Source of the DNA: the human T2T-CHM13v2.0 reference genome, Homo sapiens
NCBI RefSeq assembly: GCF_009914755.1
Contig: NC_060925.1
Strand: one strand, 5' to 3'
Length of the DNA stretch: 64,000 bases
The notes beneath the pieces were generated by a model that did not search any database, was not told the origin of the DNA, and saw nothing but the letters and a program-made list of their open reading frames with translations. The position numbers and the translations under genes are program-made. Shown in pieces: positions 1 to 13,351 of this stretch; the stretch's first letter is position 1; each line of letters starts with the position of its first letter.

Positions 1-264
1 TTTGACAGTGAAGAATAAAGCAACTTGATGCACCTATTAATTAATGCATTTATCTATTCAAAAGTTGATGGAATACCCATGATGTGCCAAGTATTATACA
101 GTGTGCTAGGGTACAAAGATAAATAAGACAGCATATGCTTTCTAGTGGGCACACAACAAACTATTTAAAATAAAAATAAATATAGGATAACATAAAAACT
201 TAAAATTTTACCAAAAAATAAAGAAGGCATATAGGTGTTTAAAAGTGGTGATGATAGTAGTATG

Positions 265-493
265 TATGCATTGAGTACATGCCAGACAAAATTTTAAGTG
301 ATTTAAACACATTAACCCTTTTAATATTCACAACAACTCAGAGAAGTTGGCAGTACTATTATTATCATCATTACTAAAGAAAAGTAAACTAGGCATATGG
401 AAACTGAGTACCTGTACAAAGTGACACAGATAGTAAGTGCCATAGCCAGAGTTCAAATCCAGAGGGTCTGGACTCTGGAGCCTGTGTACTTAA
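265..493 (-). mobile_element. MIR SINE
   Basis: Reverse-orientation MIR core (..gtgacacagatagtaagtgccatagccagagttcaaatcc..ctggactctggagcc); boundaries approximate. Confidence 0.75.
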
Positions 494-1488
494 TACTTAA
501 GCAGTGATTCTTATAAAGTATTGGGTAAGGGGTGGCCCTCAGTGTGACTGAGTAGAAAAGAAAGCCTGCAGGACTTGAGGAACAAGAACAATGTAGGTTA
601 AGACCTGCATTATCTACTGTCAGTTTCCTATATAAAGAGGTGCCCTATTGGTTGCCACCTCTATATATCTTTTCTAGCTCCTAGTCAATCAGGCCGCAAA
701 TTTAGATGGACCATAATGAAGTAAAAGTAGAGAGAGGCTGGCAAGTTGGTTTGATACTCTAATCACTGTTCAAGTTGCTTTTGCTCTTATTTTTAAAACA
801 AATTTTCTAACACTTATGACCTTATTGAACTGGGGGACAATTGTGTCCACCAAATTCCTTTTCTTCCAGAAAGTTTTGATGTTTTTGTTTCCATATAGCT
901 AAAGTAGGAAGAGGAAAACTCTTTATGAATAGCTCCCTATTAACCTCTTCTAAATTTCTTTCTTTGAATCCGATTTTACTGCCAACTCCAGGCAATAGTC
1001 CCTTCCCTTGTTGTCTGGTACTGCCCATCTAACTTGTTCATTTGTCAAGAGACAGAGACAATAGACTGGGAAGTATTTGTTAGGCGATAATTAATTGGAA
1101 ATGAGAGCATGTGTATTTTGCAATTTAGCAAAGTTACCGGAGTGAAAAAGGGATAGGCTGTTTCTGCTCACAGTCTATTCTTGTGTCTTCCCTGTTGGAG
1201 AGGACGTCTTCTAAAACCTGGACTCACAACATTGCAGCTTTAATGTCATTTGAAGAAAATTAGAAATGAGAATAGCCCACCAAAGAAACAGAATAGAAAG
1301 AGAAAGATATTTCGAGATGTCAAAAGATTTACAAAATGAGAGATTAATAAATAGGATATTCTTTCATATCAGTGTGGCCCCAGACAGAAGTGAAGATTTC
1401 ATGCACATTTTGGAAAATTGACCTAGCAGAGAAAAATAAGAAGGCAGGGGAGAGCACTGCTTTGCCAGTTCTATGCAGCCATGGCATC

Positions 1489-1984
1489 TGTGGTTGCCAG
1501 CTTTTGAGATGGCTCCCAATGATCCTGGTTTCTTGGTATTCACATCATTGTACTGGGATCGGTGTATCTGACCAAAGGCATGTGACAGAGGTGCTGGTAT
1601 ACAACTTTGCTCTGAATTAAAAGAGTCACTGCAATTTGTGTCTTGTGTGCTTCACCCACTGCCCACCACGTCTGATCAGTAGCCTGGAAGAAGGCTACTG
1701 TTGTGGGCAGCTCTATGAAAAAGTCCACCTAGTGGGAGACTGAGGTTTCCTACTAACAGCCACCCTGAGTGATCTTGGAAACAAATTATCTGGACTGATC
1801 AAACCTCAGATAACTACAGCCTTAGCCATCATCTTGATTACAGTCTCATGAGAGACCTTGAATTAGAACCACCTTGGTAAGCCACCGCTGGAATCCTGAC
1901 CCACAGAAACGGAGATATTATGTTTGATGTTTTAAGCTGCACAATTTGGAGATATTTATTATGCATCAAAACATAACTAATACA
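1489..1984 (+). mobile_element. MaLR solo LTR, MLT1F-like
   Basis: Starts TGTGG..gagatggctcccaatgatcc..ttggtattcac and ends ..ataactaatacA, typical of MLT1F/G/H termini. Confidence 0.75.
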
Positions 1985-2925
1985 GCTCCATCACTTATTT
2001 TCTGGAGATGGGGCTGATTCTGTAGGCTCAGGGATCCTTTCTGTAGCTGGTAACATTTCTGCTGCTTTGGGGACAACACTTCACTGTGATACCTTCACAC
2101 TAAGTGAGGCACCCTCCATGCTGCCACCAAATGCAAATAATTATAATAATGGATCTCTTAGAGGTTCAGTCCTGAAGGCTAAAACTGTGCTCTACAAATT
2201 TGTCAACCTTCAGAAAAAAGGAAATGAGATCCTTTTAGGCATTGGGCTCCGATCTGGATTTGACTTCAGCTTCTTGTCGCTGTTTCAAAGACATCTTACA
2301 TTCTTGGATATTCTTGACGTTTGAATCATGTGTCAAGATGTTGTTGATTCTAGTGATGGCAACGTTTCATCTCATATGCATAGCAGATTGTTAAAACATG
2401 CCGAGGCTGTGGTGCTCCTTTCCATTCTGCCGTTCCCAATTTTATTGTCACTTCAGAAATAAACTACAACATATAAAGGAGCACTGAGAAGGCGGCTTTA
2501 AGAGCCCTGGGGTAGAGCTAAAAGCAGCTCCCTTGATTTTATGTTTGAGCCATCTGGTGCTTACATCAGCTACCACTTGTTTTCAAATATATATTATTTG
2601 CGACTTTGTAGAGCTGAAAAACATGAGCCCCTTTGGTACAGCAAATATTGTCAACGTACAGTGATTTAAATAAAAGAAAGAGCTAGTCATTTCATATGAG
2701 TCTGTGTGGATAGAGGTTGATAGTTTCCCTGTACTGAGAACAGGAGAGTTCTTATACTTAGAGAAGTGTCTACAACTTTATCCTTCTGGACACCAGAGCT
2801 ATAAATTAAATGTTTTCAGAGAAACCATCTGTGTCTAGGCCAAAGGCTAGCATTTATTGAGTGCTTACTATATCCTAAACATTATGCTAAGCAATTCAAA
2901 TATTTTGTCTAACCTAGGCCTACAT

Positions 2926-3272
2926 ATTAGTCAGAATACATTAGACAATACTTCAGATCTTAACCTTAAGATCTCAGGGAATTAACATAACAAATGTTTA
3001 TTTATTACCATGCTACACGCATATTTGTATATCCCTGTGAGACTAGATTAACCGTCTTATTACTGTATTATCTGGAAAGAACAAAAGTTATCTTTGTTCA
3101 ACTTGGCGGGGAAAGAGAGTGTTATGCACTGGTTCCTCCATGCTTTGGCACAGAAGCCCCACGATCAAAATTGCTCAAAATTTCATTGGTCAGAAAAAGT
3201 CACATGATCTTGTCTAAAATCTTCCCAAGTGCCTCTGGAAGGAGAGGAGAGCCAAAACTGGCCAAGCACTAG
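2926..3272 (-). mobile_element. Old MaLR LTR (MLT1K/L-like)
   Basis: attagtcag.. start and tttcattggtcagaaaaagtcacatg motif of antisense old MLT1. Confidence 0.5.
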
Positions 3273-3304
3273 AATCTCTAAAATACTTTTTAAAAAACAT
3301 ATTT

Positions 3305-3435
3305 ATTTTATAGATGAGGAAACTACGGCACAGTGCAGTAAAGGGATCTTCCAAGGTCATTTACCTGAGAAGTAGTGAAACTGGATGAATCTAAACCTGG
3401 GTTTGTTAAAACCCAAAGCCCCATGCTCTTAAGCA
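3305..3435 (-). mobile_element. MIR fragment
   Basis: attttatagatgaggaaact..ccaaggtcat..agtagtgaaactgg MIR core. Confidence 0.7.
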
Positions 3436-4257
3436 ATGCATAGAGAATTCCAGCAGTGATTGAAGAGAGGTAGAGAGTCATATAATATCTACTTTGCCAG
3501 AATAACATTATTTCATGGATTCTTTCAAATATTTATTTCAGATCCCTTAGGTGAGTGAGAGGAGGGACCCTGTCAGCAATTGACTACCATTGAAAGCTCA
3601 AGCTTCTAGTATAGAGCCAGGCATATAGCAAGTGTTCAACAAACTTCAGTTGAAATCTATTGAATGCATGTCTAATCTGTGCCAGGGCTTACATACCAGG
3701 ATCTGGAGTGCACACTTGAATAATAAGGATGCTTCCAATGATCTATACTTCTTTCCTCATTTATATGGTAAAATGGTAAAAGTAAGCTATGTTATAAATC
3801 ACCCATTCCTTTATGAATTTAACAGTATTGTGGGACAATCATTTCTACTGTCCAAGTCCAAATGGTGGAGCAGACAGTCTTTGAGTTTTTTTAGCCTCGT
3901 CATCCTTTGCCACTCATGTGTTGTGAGGAGCCCCCAAGTTCAGCACAGATTAGCTTCTCCATCTATGATCATTTCATTCTCATTCTTATTGATATACCTT
4001 CCCAGCCACTCATAGATATTTTCAGTTATGTTGATCTATAAATGGCATAATATTTTACAATTGACACTATGTTGTGTCCTTAAGAGTACCTTCCCTTATT
4101 AGGTCCCAGTGCTGCCATTTCCTGGAAGCAGCATTCCTTTAAAGGATCTTTCCTAACTCACACTTGCTCCTGACAAGGTTCAGAGTTGACTTCTTTGTTA
4201 CTTACCCATTTTTTTTTTCCTGTCTACTGCTCCAGACTTGAATCCAGCCCTTCATGC

Positions 4258-4406
4258 AGGGACACTAGGATCACAGATATAGAACATCCACACTCTCATT
4301 CAGGCTGTAAACCTGTGTAGGCCCACAAATTCATACTTTCTTCCATATACTACCTTGTAGCCATGGTCAGCCCCTGCACTAGCTCCTGAGACCACAGCCT
4401 AGACTA
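4258..4406 (+). repeat. Donor copy of a 149-bp local duplication
   Basis: Aligns without gaps to 6074-6222 with 5 mismatches. Confidence 0.95.
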
Positions 4407-6073
4407 GTTTCTGAGAGTTCCCTCCTAACATCCACATTCTGTTCCTTATCTAAATCACTTAGTAGGATAAACTGGACCACAATTTTTCCTTGGTGTAGGA
4501 AAATCTACCCATAGGGTAAGGGCAACAGTCAAATTGTAGGAAAGGATTTAAGGAATTTAGTTTCTTTCTACAACACTGAAACATGCCAAATTATGAGCAA
4601 TGTCGAGTTGGGCAAGCTATGAGATAAGCCCTACGTATTCACTACGTATACATTTAAGTGTATAATGCATCTCTTAAGAATAACTTAGAACATCTACATC
4701 ATGGGCATTATGTTGTCTCTCAGACCAGCATTATAAGAAGAATTTAGTATAATATAGTATGGTACTCTACATTGTATGCTCTTAAGAAGAATTTCTATAT
4801 ATATTGTTTATAAGTACTTAAATAACATTGCATATTCCATCGGGATTGCCAGTGGAATTTCTCCTAGCTTAACACAAAAATGCAAGCATGATTCTTTTAC
4901 AGTCATCTTCATTTCATCAAAAATGTGAACATTAAAAGTTTCTGGAAAATATCAGATTCCATTAAAGACAATTATGAAAGAAAAATCAAACATACTTTAG
5001 TTTTGGGGTACGTACTTTCAATCATAATTTCTCTTACTGTTAAATAAATAATGAGACAGGAAATTGAGAAATAATGGCCTAATGAACTATTCATATGGTT
5101 AAGTGTTTCGAAGGCATATTCAGACAGCCATACATGTACATATACACACAAATGTTTCTAGTATATGAATATGTACACAAAAAATTTAATCAGGTAAATT
5201 CAGTGTGATATATAAAAACAAAGACTGCAAATCAGGATACCTGAGGTCTTGTCTTTTCTTGCACTTATTTATATTTAAGATCTTAGGTAAATTATTTAAC
5301 TTTGTTTAGACAGCTATACAATGAAAAATTTAAATCAGGGAAAATAATATATTTGTTAGTTTTCCCTTTCCCACCCGTGGTAGACATTGCTAATCAATCA
5401 CAGTGCTCTTTCCTGCTGGCCAGGATGTCAGTTTCAAAACCCTTTTCAGTATTAGGGCTGCACAGAGACTCCAATTGATGTGATTTTATACCTGATATAA
5501 AGTCCATTGGTCATCCTGGGAAGATGATCTTAAATGTTTCCTCTGCAATTTCATTTAAAGAATACAACTTCTTTTCTATTGAAAGGGTTTGGAGCCTAAA
5601 AATAATCCATTCATATTCATGTGCATAGTAACAAAACATGGGCCCAAAGTGTGAAAACTTCTATATCTTTAATTAAAAATAGTCTTTTTTCTTCTTCTTC
5701 TTTTTAGAATACGCTATATATTGACAAAGACTCTTTCCTTGGTCTAACTAGAGTCAGGCTTCTCCTAAGCCCTATAGGCCTCAACTTTGACATTTGTCCT
5801 TTTTGCCCCTGCAGCACCCAGCTATAGCAAGAATCTTGCTCAGTTAGTTTGGAGAGAATCTCTCACTCTTCATATCATCACTTGATATCTGATCCAATAC
5901 CTAATTGCTTATCTTCCCCAGGTGATATGTAATCACTTGTTCTGCCTTTAGCAAGAATATTATTAGATCTGTTTAACCAGACACCTTCCTTAACTCTAAT
6001 GTTTTCCTTTAGTAATTTTTCATCCACTGATTCTCATCCTGTGGCCCTTCTATTATATATATATATATAATAT

Positions 6074-6222
6074 AGGGACACTAGGATCACAGATATAGAA
6101 CATCCACACTCTCATTCAGGCTGTAAACCTGTGTAGGCCCACAAATTCATACTTCCTCCCATATACTACCTTGTGGCCATGGTCGGCCCCTGCACTAGCT
6201 CCTGAGACCACAGCCAAGACTA
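6074..6222 (+). repeat. Inserted copy of 4258-4406 within a (TA)n tract
   Basis: 144/149 identical to 4258-4406; embedded in TA-rich low-complexity sequence. Confidence 0.95.
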
Positions 6223-6425
6223 TAATACATTAGAAGAATATATTCTATATATATAGAGAATATATAGAATATATATAGGATATAGTCTATATATAGGATA
6301 TATTCTATATATTCTCTGTATATATAGAATATATTCTATTTCTAGAAGAATATATTCTATATTAGGAGAATATATATACACACATCTATATGTATATATA
6401 GTATTGTATATATGACATTATATAT
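6223..6425. repeat. AT-rich low-complexity tract with a 40-bp inverted repeat
   Basis: 6235-6274 is the reverse complement of 6298-6337 at 39/40 positions, with a 23-nt spacer. Confidence 0.9.
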
Positions 6426-9400
6426 TCCACACTATATTCAGAATTGAGCTCAGTTCCATAATGAGGTCTCTTTCCCTTATTGCACTAGTTGCTGAATAAA
6501 ATCTGGGTTTACTGCTTTAACTACTGCCCAACTCTGTTTTTTCTTGGACTATGTAAGTAGGCAAAAGTATAATTTGCTTTACAGCATATTCTCAGGAGTA
6601 TTCAGCAATTGAAACTGCCCAATCCCTTGACAATGCAGAGAAATGGCATTGACAGGAAAAGACATTTCTTTGCATTTGACCTAAATATAGGGACATATAG
6701 AAACTTTTCTATTCTTAAATTTTTGTAACACAGATTTTATTTATTTGCAGTCTATTTCGTTCCACAGAAAAATTGAGTCAGGTTGTAAAAATGTTAAAAA
6801 AAACCTAGGCAATTTCCTGTTTCTTTCTTTTATCCTTCTATTATTAAAAATTCTGCTGAGTATATACTTTCTAGAAATAAGAGTATATTTGAACTGCATT
6901 TCTTACTATAGCATATGTTTATTAACAGCAAGTGCCAAAATATCTTAACTTTTGATTTATATCTAGCCTCTTTTTGAATGACCAGTCTCATCTCTAAGTT
7001 TTTCTGTCTTTAAATAATAAGGCTATTTCAAGCATTTCAGAATGAATAATTAATTGCTGAACCTGAAATCTGTCTGGTATCAAAGTATTAATGCCTGAAT
7101 TAATTTTCAACTTATAACTGTTTTCATTTACACCTACTTCCTTGGTAGTTATTTAAAGCAATTTTATCTTCCCCGTCTGTGGCTTACATGTTAATGTATT
7201 TCATTTTAATGAACACTCTTTAAGCTGTAGAAGTAGGCCAGACACTATCAGAATGTGTCATGAGTGGAGAAATCTGACTCAAAGATGAAATTTTAGATAA
7301 AAAGGTTTAAAAAGGCTGATACAATGGAGATATTTTTAATTCACAGCTGAGAAATGATTCATCTGAAATATATTGCTATAACAGTATCTATCCTTTTCTA
7401 GGAATTAAACACAGATAATTTCACATCTGTTTGTGCATAATTTTAAAAAATTTTGCCTGAGACTGTGGTTGTTCACATGAGCCAACCTGGAAAAAAGTTT
7501 GATAGGTGATGGCTTTTAAAGTAATTTGCTATTTGCCTAAACTCAAATTTGTCTGAGTGTGTAGATATAGCACAAATATCTTCATATTATTAGCACACTT
7601 CTAATAATTACACTTAAGTACAAAATCTTTTTCTTATTTAACATATTTCCTTTTGATGATAGAAAATATCTTCATCATAGAACATTTAAAAAATAAGAGT
7701 TAATAGTAACTTAGGCTTACAGAAAAGAGTTTTTTAGTGCAATAACTAAGTCAGCATCCTAAATGAAGATCCATTGCTTTAATTAATACTTTTGAGAATT
7801 AAAAGAAATAAGTTTGTTGTTTTGCTTTCATCTTTATGCCTTTCAGACATATTAGATACTAGGGTAATTAATTAAATAAAACTGGGTTTATTTCTTTATA
7901 AATAAATTTACTTAACATTTTAGCCCCCAAAATTTCTATTATAGAACATTGATTGTTTTTCTATTATTGAAAAACTGGGCACTAAACAAGTGTAAATCAG
8001 ACAGGTGTCAATCAAGTGCTAATCATAGATAATATTATTTGCTAATTAGACAATATTATATTGCACATTGGAGACATCTTTTTTTTTAGAATGGAATATT
8101 AGTGTAAAAATCAAACAATGGTGTTATTCTCTTACACTTTATTTAGCAGGGGCCAATTAGTTACCTATCAGTAGGCTACCTGTTCGGCCTGGGTGTATTT
8201 TTCGGTTACCAGGATAGAGAATTTCTGTATTAAGGAAGAATGAGACACTTAATTGTTCAAGGGGTGAAGAGTTTGCAACCAGAAAGTCTTATATTGGGAT
8301 TTCTCACCCTCCTGCACCCTGTTTTTGCCCTCAAACTCCAAAAAACACAAGATAGAATATTAAGTTTCTATTCCTGAATAGGATGTCTTCACAGAACCTA
8401 CTCTCCTCTTTTTTCCTGGTGGAAAAATTTGGACATTCTAGAATAAAAACTGGAGGTCTAATTTATTATTTCTCTTAATCAAAGAATACATTTTGAGCAT
8501 CAAGATCTTGAATTTCTTCTCTAGATTTCACCAATTAGGTTGCTGGAATCCGAGGTGCCTTGCAGGTAGAGCCTTCTGGAAGATTAGAATGAGAACACTT
8601 AAAGGGGACGCTTTAGAGCACCAAAGTCCCAGAAATCCAAGAACCTTTAACTCAAGATCAGTAACCCAGTGAAAAACTCCAAGAAGTGATCCCCAAAATA
8701 CTCAACGGTCTTACTTTTTTTCCATCCCTTCTGAAAGTGCTCATTAAAAGGAATCTATTTTCCTCCAATAAATGGGTAGTTGGCACAGCTGCCTTCCTAA
8801 GGAGCAGCCACTTCGAATTCAATTTGAGACAATGAGTTACTAACTTTTTGAGTAATGGATTGAGAAGCCCTAGTTGGCCATTGCTGCCATGAATCCCCCT
8901 CACTCCCAATTAGAAATTGCCTATATTTTACATCAAACCCTGGTTTAGACCGCTAGCCATTCTTAAAGCTCTGTAGGCAGGTAAGTATTCCTTTCATACC
9001 AACTCTGATGAATTGGTAGTAGATGCTTGGAGGTAGTAATTGGGCTAAGCAGCAAAGAATTCCAAGAAGCAACGTGTGTTGGGAGAGAGGACTGGGAGGA
9101 AGAGGCTGCCCACGTGCCATGTTACCCTTCCTGCCCTATAGGGTAATTTCCTTTCTGAATCTTGGTTCATGATCTTACTTGTTACCTGAAAATAGACATT
9201 TTTAGAACATTTAATACTTGCACAGGATATATAAAGATGGCATGCATGTGTCCTCTGCCCATAAGGAGGAAGAAAATTAACTTACTACTCTAAAAAGTTG
9301 ATAATTTGATAAGAGCACTGCTGAGTATGCTCAGAGCATAGGATTAGCCACTCTCAATCTTCAAAGTGTGACATTTTTTCAAATTATCTTTCTTTCCTAA

Positions 9401-10370
9401 GTCACTCGTGAACATAAGGTCAGCAAAGATCCACTGAAAGATAATAAACACTCTCTAGTAAGACTGTATGTATTCCCTCTTTGAATGTTTGGAAATCACT
9501 TTTGATACCCCTTTTTCGTTTTCTGTAATCCAAGAAGTTGAGAATATCTTCAAATGTCCTTCACTCTCACTGAAGTCATTTTTCCATCCACTGGTCCCCA
9601 ACTTGTTAGTAACATACAGGTTTGAGGAAGACGTACTTGAGAATTTCCTCCAGATTTTTCTCAGGTTTCTGTTTGGTAATGCTATTACATATCAGCTAGT
9701 AAATTTAGTAAAAGGTATTTTCTATGATGCTATGTAATCTAAAAAATATGAATATACTTGCCACTACTAGATCATAAAGGATGGTATGAACTTCTGAACT
9801 TGGTATACTTAGAGAATATTACTTAATATACCATGAGATGTCATTTACTAGACCTCTTCAAATGAAAATAAAATAGTTTGAGGATGTATTCTGAGTACTC
9901 AGATTCATCAAACTTTAATGCACAATAGCAATCTCTCTGTTTTGCAAGGAAATCTGGGGTTTCTCTGCTGCCTTTTAGCATTTGAAGCATAGAACTCACA
10001 TTTTTATGAAATATTTCTGCAAACTTTTCTGCCTTACATGTCTAAAACAATCGGTTCATTAGCTAGTTAAGAGACTGGCCAGACAGAAAGTGGAAAAAGT
10101 TTGCTGAAGAGAGAGGTACACACAGCTCAGTTAGTTAAAGAGAAAGAATTTCTTGAAGGTCTGAAGAATTAAAACAACATGACCATTAAGTCAAACTGAA
10201 TGCTATGGTTTACTCAGCAATTTTAGAAGCGTTTGCTATGATAATGTATATATCCTGGTGCACACATTATCTTGGATATACACAACATTCTAAGAAAATC
10301 CATCAAAGTGCAATAATTTGTTATTCATGCTGGCGACAATGTTTTCAAATGGGTTTTTATCTATTTTGTA

Positions 10371-10374
<4 letters not shown>

Positions 10375-10408
<34 letters not shown>
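10375..10408. repeat. (CA)17 microsatellite
   Basis: Read directly. Confidence 0.97.
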
Positions 10409-10409
<1 letters not shown>

Positions 10410-11319
10410 GTCCATGGAGACACAAAAACTCACTCACACTGCCACACTCAGAGAAAATAAAACACAAAGAAAGAGAGAGGGAGATTTATACTCCCAAAAT
10501 AAACCGTGGCTGGGAGAGGGGTCGATATATTCTTTTTGAAGGCAGCTATAAATGTTCAATTAACCTATTTCTCATGTCTTTTATTATGACCACATATGGT
10601 GACAAATGGGCCTAACAAGAAGGGTCACAGAACAACAGATGTGTAAAATAGCAAAATGAAACACCTCAACAGATGTAAAATTTTTATTTTGCGTGAAGTG
10701 AATAGGAATGTGGAGATTGCATTTTGCAAAGTATGAAAATGCCCTCAAATTAGAAAGGCTATGAGTTGGAATGGTTTTAGAAACATTCTATGGATTTATT
10801 TGAAGTATTCATGAAAGGTCTTTCCCACTACAGCCACCCAAATACTGTGAAGCCTGATAGTCTGTAGTTAAAGATTTAGTCCTTTATGGTAGAGATAGTT
10901 CATCTTGCACTTTTGTTTTGGAACACAAATGCCTTTGGTTGGTAGAGCACATGTGAGAAACAACCACAAAATAACTGAAGGGGATTGTGGAGAGACAGGA
11001 AGGCAGCAGAGCCTTGAATCCTGAGTAAGTTGGCATGTGAGGGCTTGGAACTGGTAATACTTAAAGAGTATGGCGAAGTCTGGGAAATTAGGCTTTCTTC
11101 CAGACAAATGTTAGCTTTGTGATAAAGGAAGTGTGGGAGAAGAAGGATGTCAACTTTAGAGTGCTTTGAAAGTGACAATGAACGTCATGCACTTGGAGAA
11201 AATAAATGTGAGGGAGAAAGCAAGTATTGATAAAACATTTCTAATGTCTCTAGTTGTTTAATCTCATTGGACTAAATTAATCTGCTCATTACTTTAATAA
11301 GACAAATTCCTTATCTCAA

Positions 11320-13351
11320 GAACTTTTAACTTTTTACTTTGCAGTAGCTTTAGACTTATGGAGAAACTGCAATAATGAAGCTGAGTCCCTATATACACTC
11401 TACTCAGTTTCCTTTAAGGTAAAAATCTTATATAACGATGGGACAATTATCAAATATCAATTATGAATTATCATTGCAATTTTCAATACTAAGAAATTAA
11501 CATAGGCACAATGTCATTAACCAAACTGAATATTTAATCAGATTTCCCAAATGTTTCCCATAATGTCTTTTTTCTATTCCAAGATCCAATCCAGGATACG
11601 GTATTGCATTTAGTTTTCATGTCTCTTGATCTCCTCTTGTCTGTAATGTTTCTTCAGTGTCTTTCATTATCTTGACACTTGGAAGAGCACTGGTTGGATT
11701 TTTGCAGAAAGCCCCTCTATTTGGATTTCTCTGATATTTTCTCATGATTAGACTCAACTTATGTATTTGAGAGAGGAATACCACAGAGCTGATGTGCCCT
11801 TCTTTATCATATTAAGGATACATTACATTAATGTGTCTTACTTCTGGTGATGCTAACCTTAATAATTTGGTTAAGCTGTTTTTTGTCATATTTCTCCACT
11901 GTAAAGTGACTATTTTTCTTTTTCCATACTCTACTCAGTATCAGTATCTACTCAGAACATCCCCACACTCAAAGGGATAGGAATTAAGCTCCACCTTTAT
12001 AAAAATATTATCAAAGAACCTGTGAACATATTAAAATTGCCATAGCAATTAAAACATATTCATGAGGGAGATATATTGAGGATATACTGATATCCTATTT
12101 CTCTTTAAAATATTGCCTAATTATTTGAGGTATCATTATACGTCAGCAAATGTCACCTGCTGCAATTATTATAATGGCGTTCTGATGGTGTTTCTCTGTT
12201 CCCTCATTCCTTTATTTTTAATTGGAATTCTTCTGGAGGACTATTCCTTCCATGTCATTCATATATGTATTCAATAATTTATATCAGTATGGACTAGTGG
12301 ATATTTATTTTATTCTTTCAGTTATAATATAGCACCATCAATATTTGTTTTGTACCTTAAATTGTTCCAGTTTTGTAGCTTAAATTGTTCCAGTTTTGGT
12401 CACCTGGAGGTCTTTAGATTGTGTCTGTGTCCTTCTGACATGCACCTCATCCTTTCTTTTCTTTCTTTCTTTTTTTTTTTTTAGCACTTCTTTACATCCT
12501 AGCACCACCAGATGCTCTAGGCTCATCTCGAAGTTTCCCTGCCCAGCCCTAGAATTAGCCATTTCTCCAACGATTCCTGGTTTCTGTTATTGAGGAATGG
12601 TAATAGAGACCAAGTTCTGGGAACTAGTTGCACTAGTCACTACTGGGGTGTCAGTGCTTCTAGACTTCTCAGCAGACAGTGTTAGGGAAGGTATGTATGT
12701 ATACCAGTGCATGTATACACATATCATTTATGTTTATTTATTTATCTTCTCTGTGTGTGTGTATATATATATATATATATACATATATATTCATGTGTAT
12801 GCATATATATATGTATATATCAACATGACTTCATATTCATATCTCCAACTCCAGTCAAACACCTTTATGGTTCATTCTAGCATTTTGGCTTTGCTTATTT
12901 TTAATTTCTTTCTTAGGCAGTTGGAAAGCTAATTTTTATTACTATATTTTTCTTATTTTTCAACCCTAGTATACATGTAATATTAGTTTCAGAACTGTAA
13001 CACATAATCTAATGAGAAATGGATTTACCAATTATGATACAGTTATTTTTAATCTTTAGTCTTACATTATCAAATCAAAAGATAATTTCACAAAGTTACT
13101 TAGATCAGCTCCTTTCTTCCTCATCTGTTTCAGTATGGTTATGTGATTCATTTGTTACACAGTTAGATTCATTTCTCAGAGTCTGCATTCCATCTTGTGT
13201 TTCTCAAATATCCTGTTTAATTTTTTAAAGTTGCATAGAATAACGTTCTCTTTTTGTGATGCACATTTCTATGGATTTTGACAAATGCACATAGTTGTAT
13301 ATCCACTAACACAATACCCTGCGACATAGTTCTTTCACCCCAAAAGTTCCC
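11320..13351 (-). mobile_element. Old L1 3' region, L1MC-like
   Basis: Antisense L1M 3'UTR hallmarks (tttagacttatggagaaactgc; ccaagatccaatccaggatac..ttgcatttagt; ctatggattttgacaaatgcacatag). Internal TG/TA tract at about 12753-12820. Confidence 0.7.

Larger units (their letters stand above)
5722..6550 (+). mobile_element. ERV1 solo LTR, MER31/MER67-like, interrupted by a TA-rich expansion
   Basis: TGACAAAGACTCT..GTCAGGCT start, repeated AGCAAGAAT and GATATCTGATC motifs, GAATAAAA poly(A) signal near 6494. Flanks ATAT/ATGT fit a decayed 4-bp TSD. Confidence 0.75.

Noticed and set aside
2955-2974. Hairpin agatcttaa-cc-ttaagatct
   Set aside because: 9-bp arms are expected by chance in 64 kb of AT-rich DNA.
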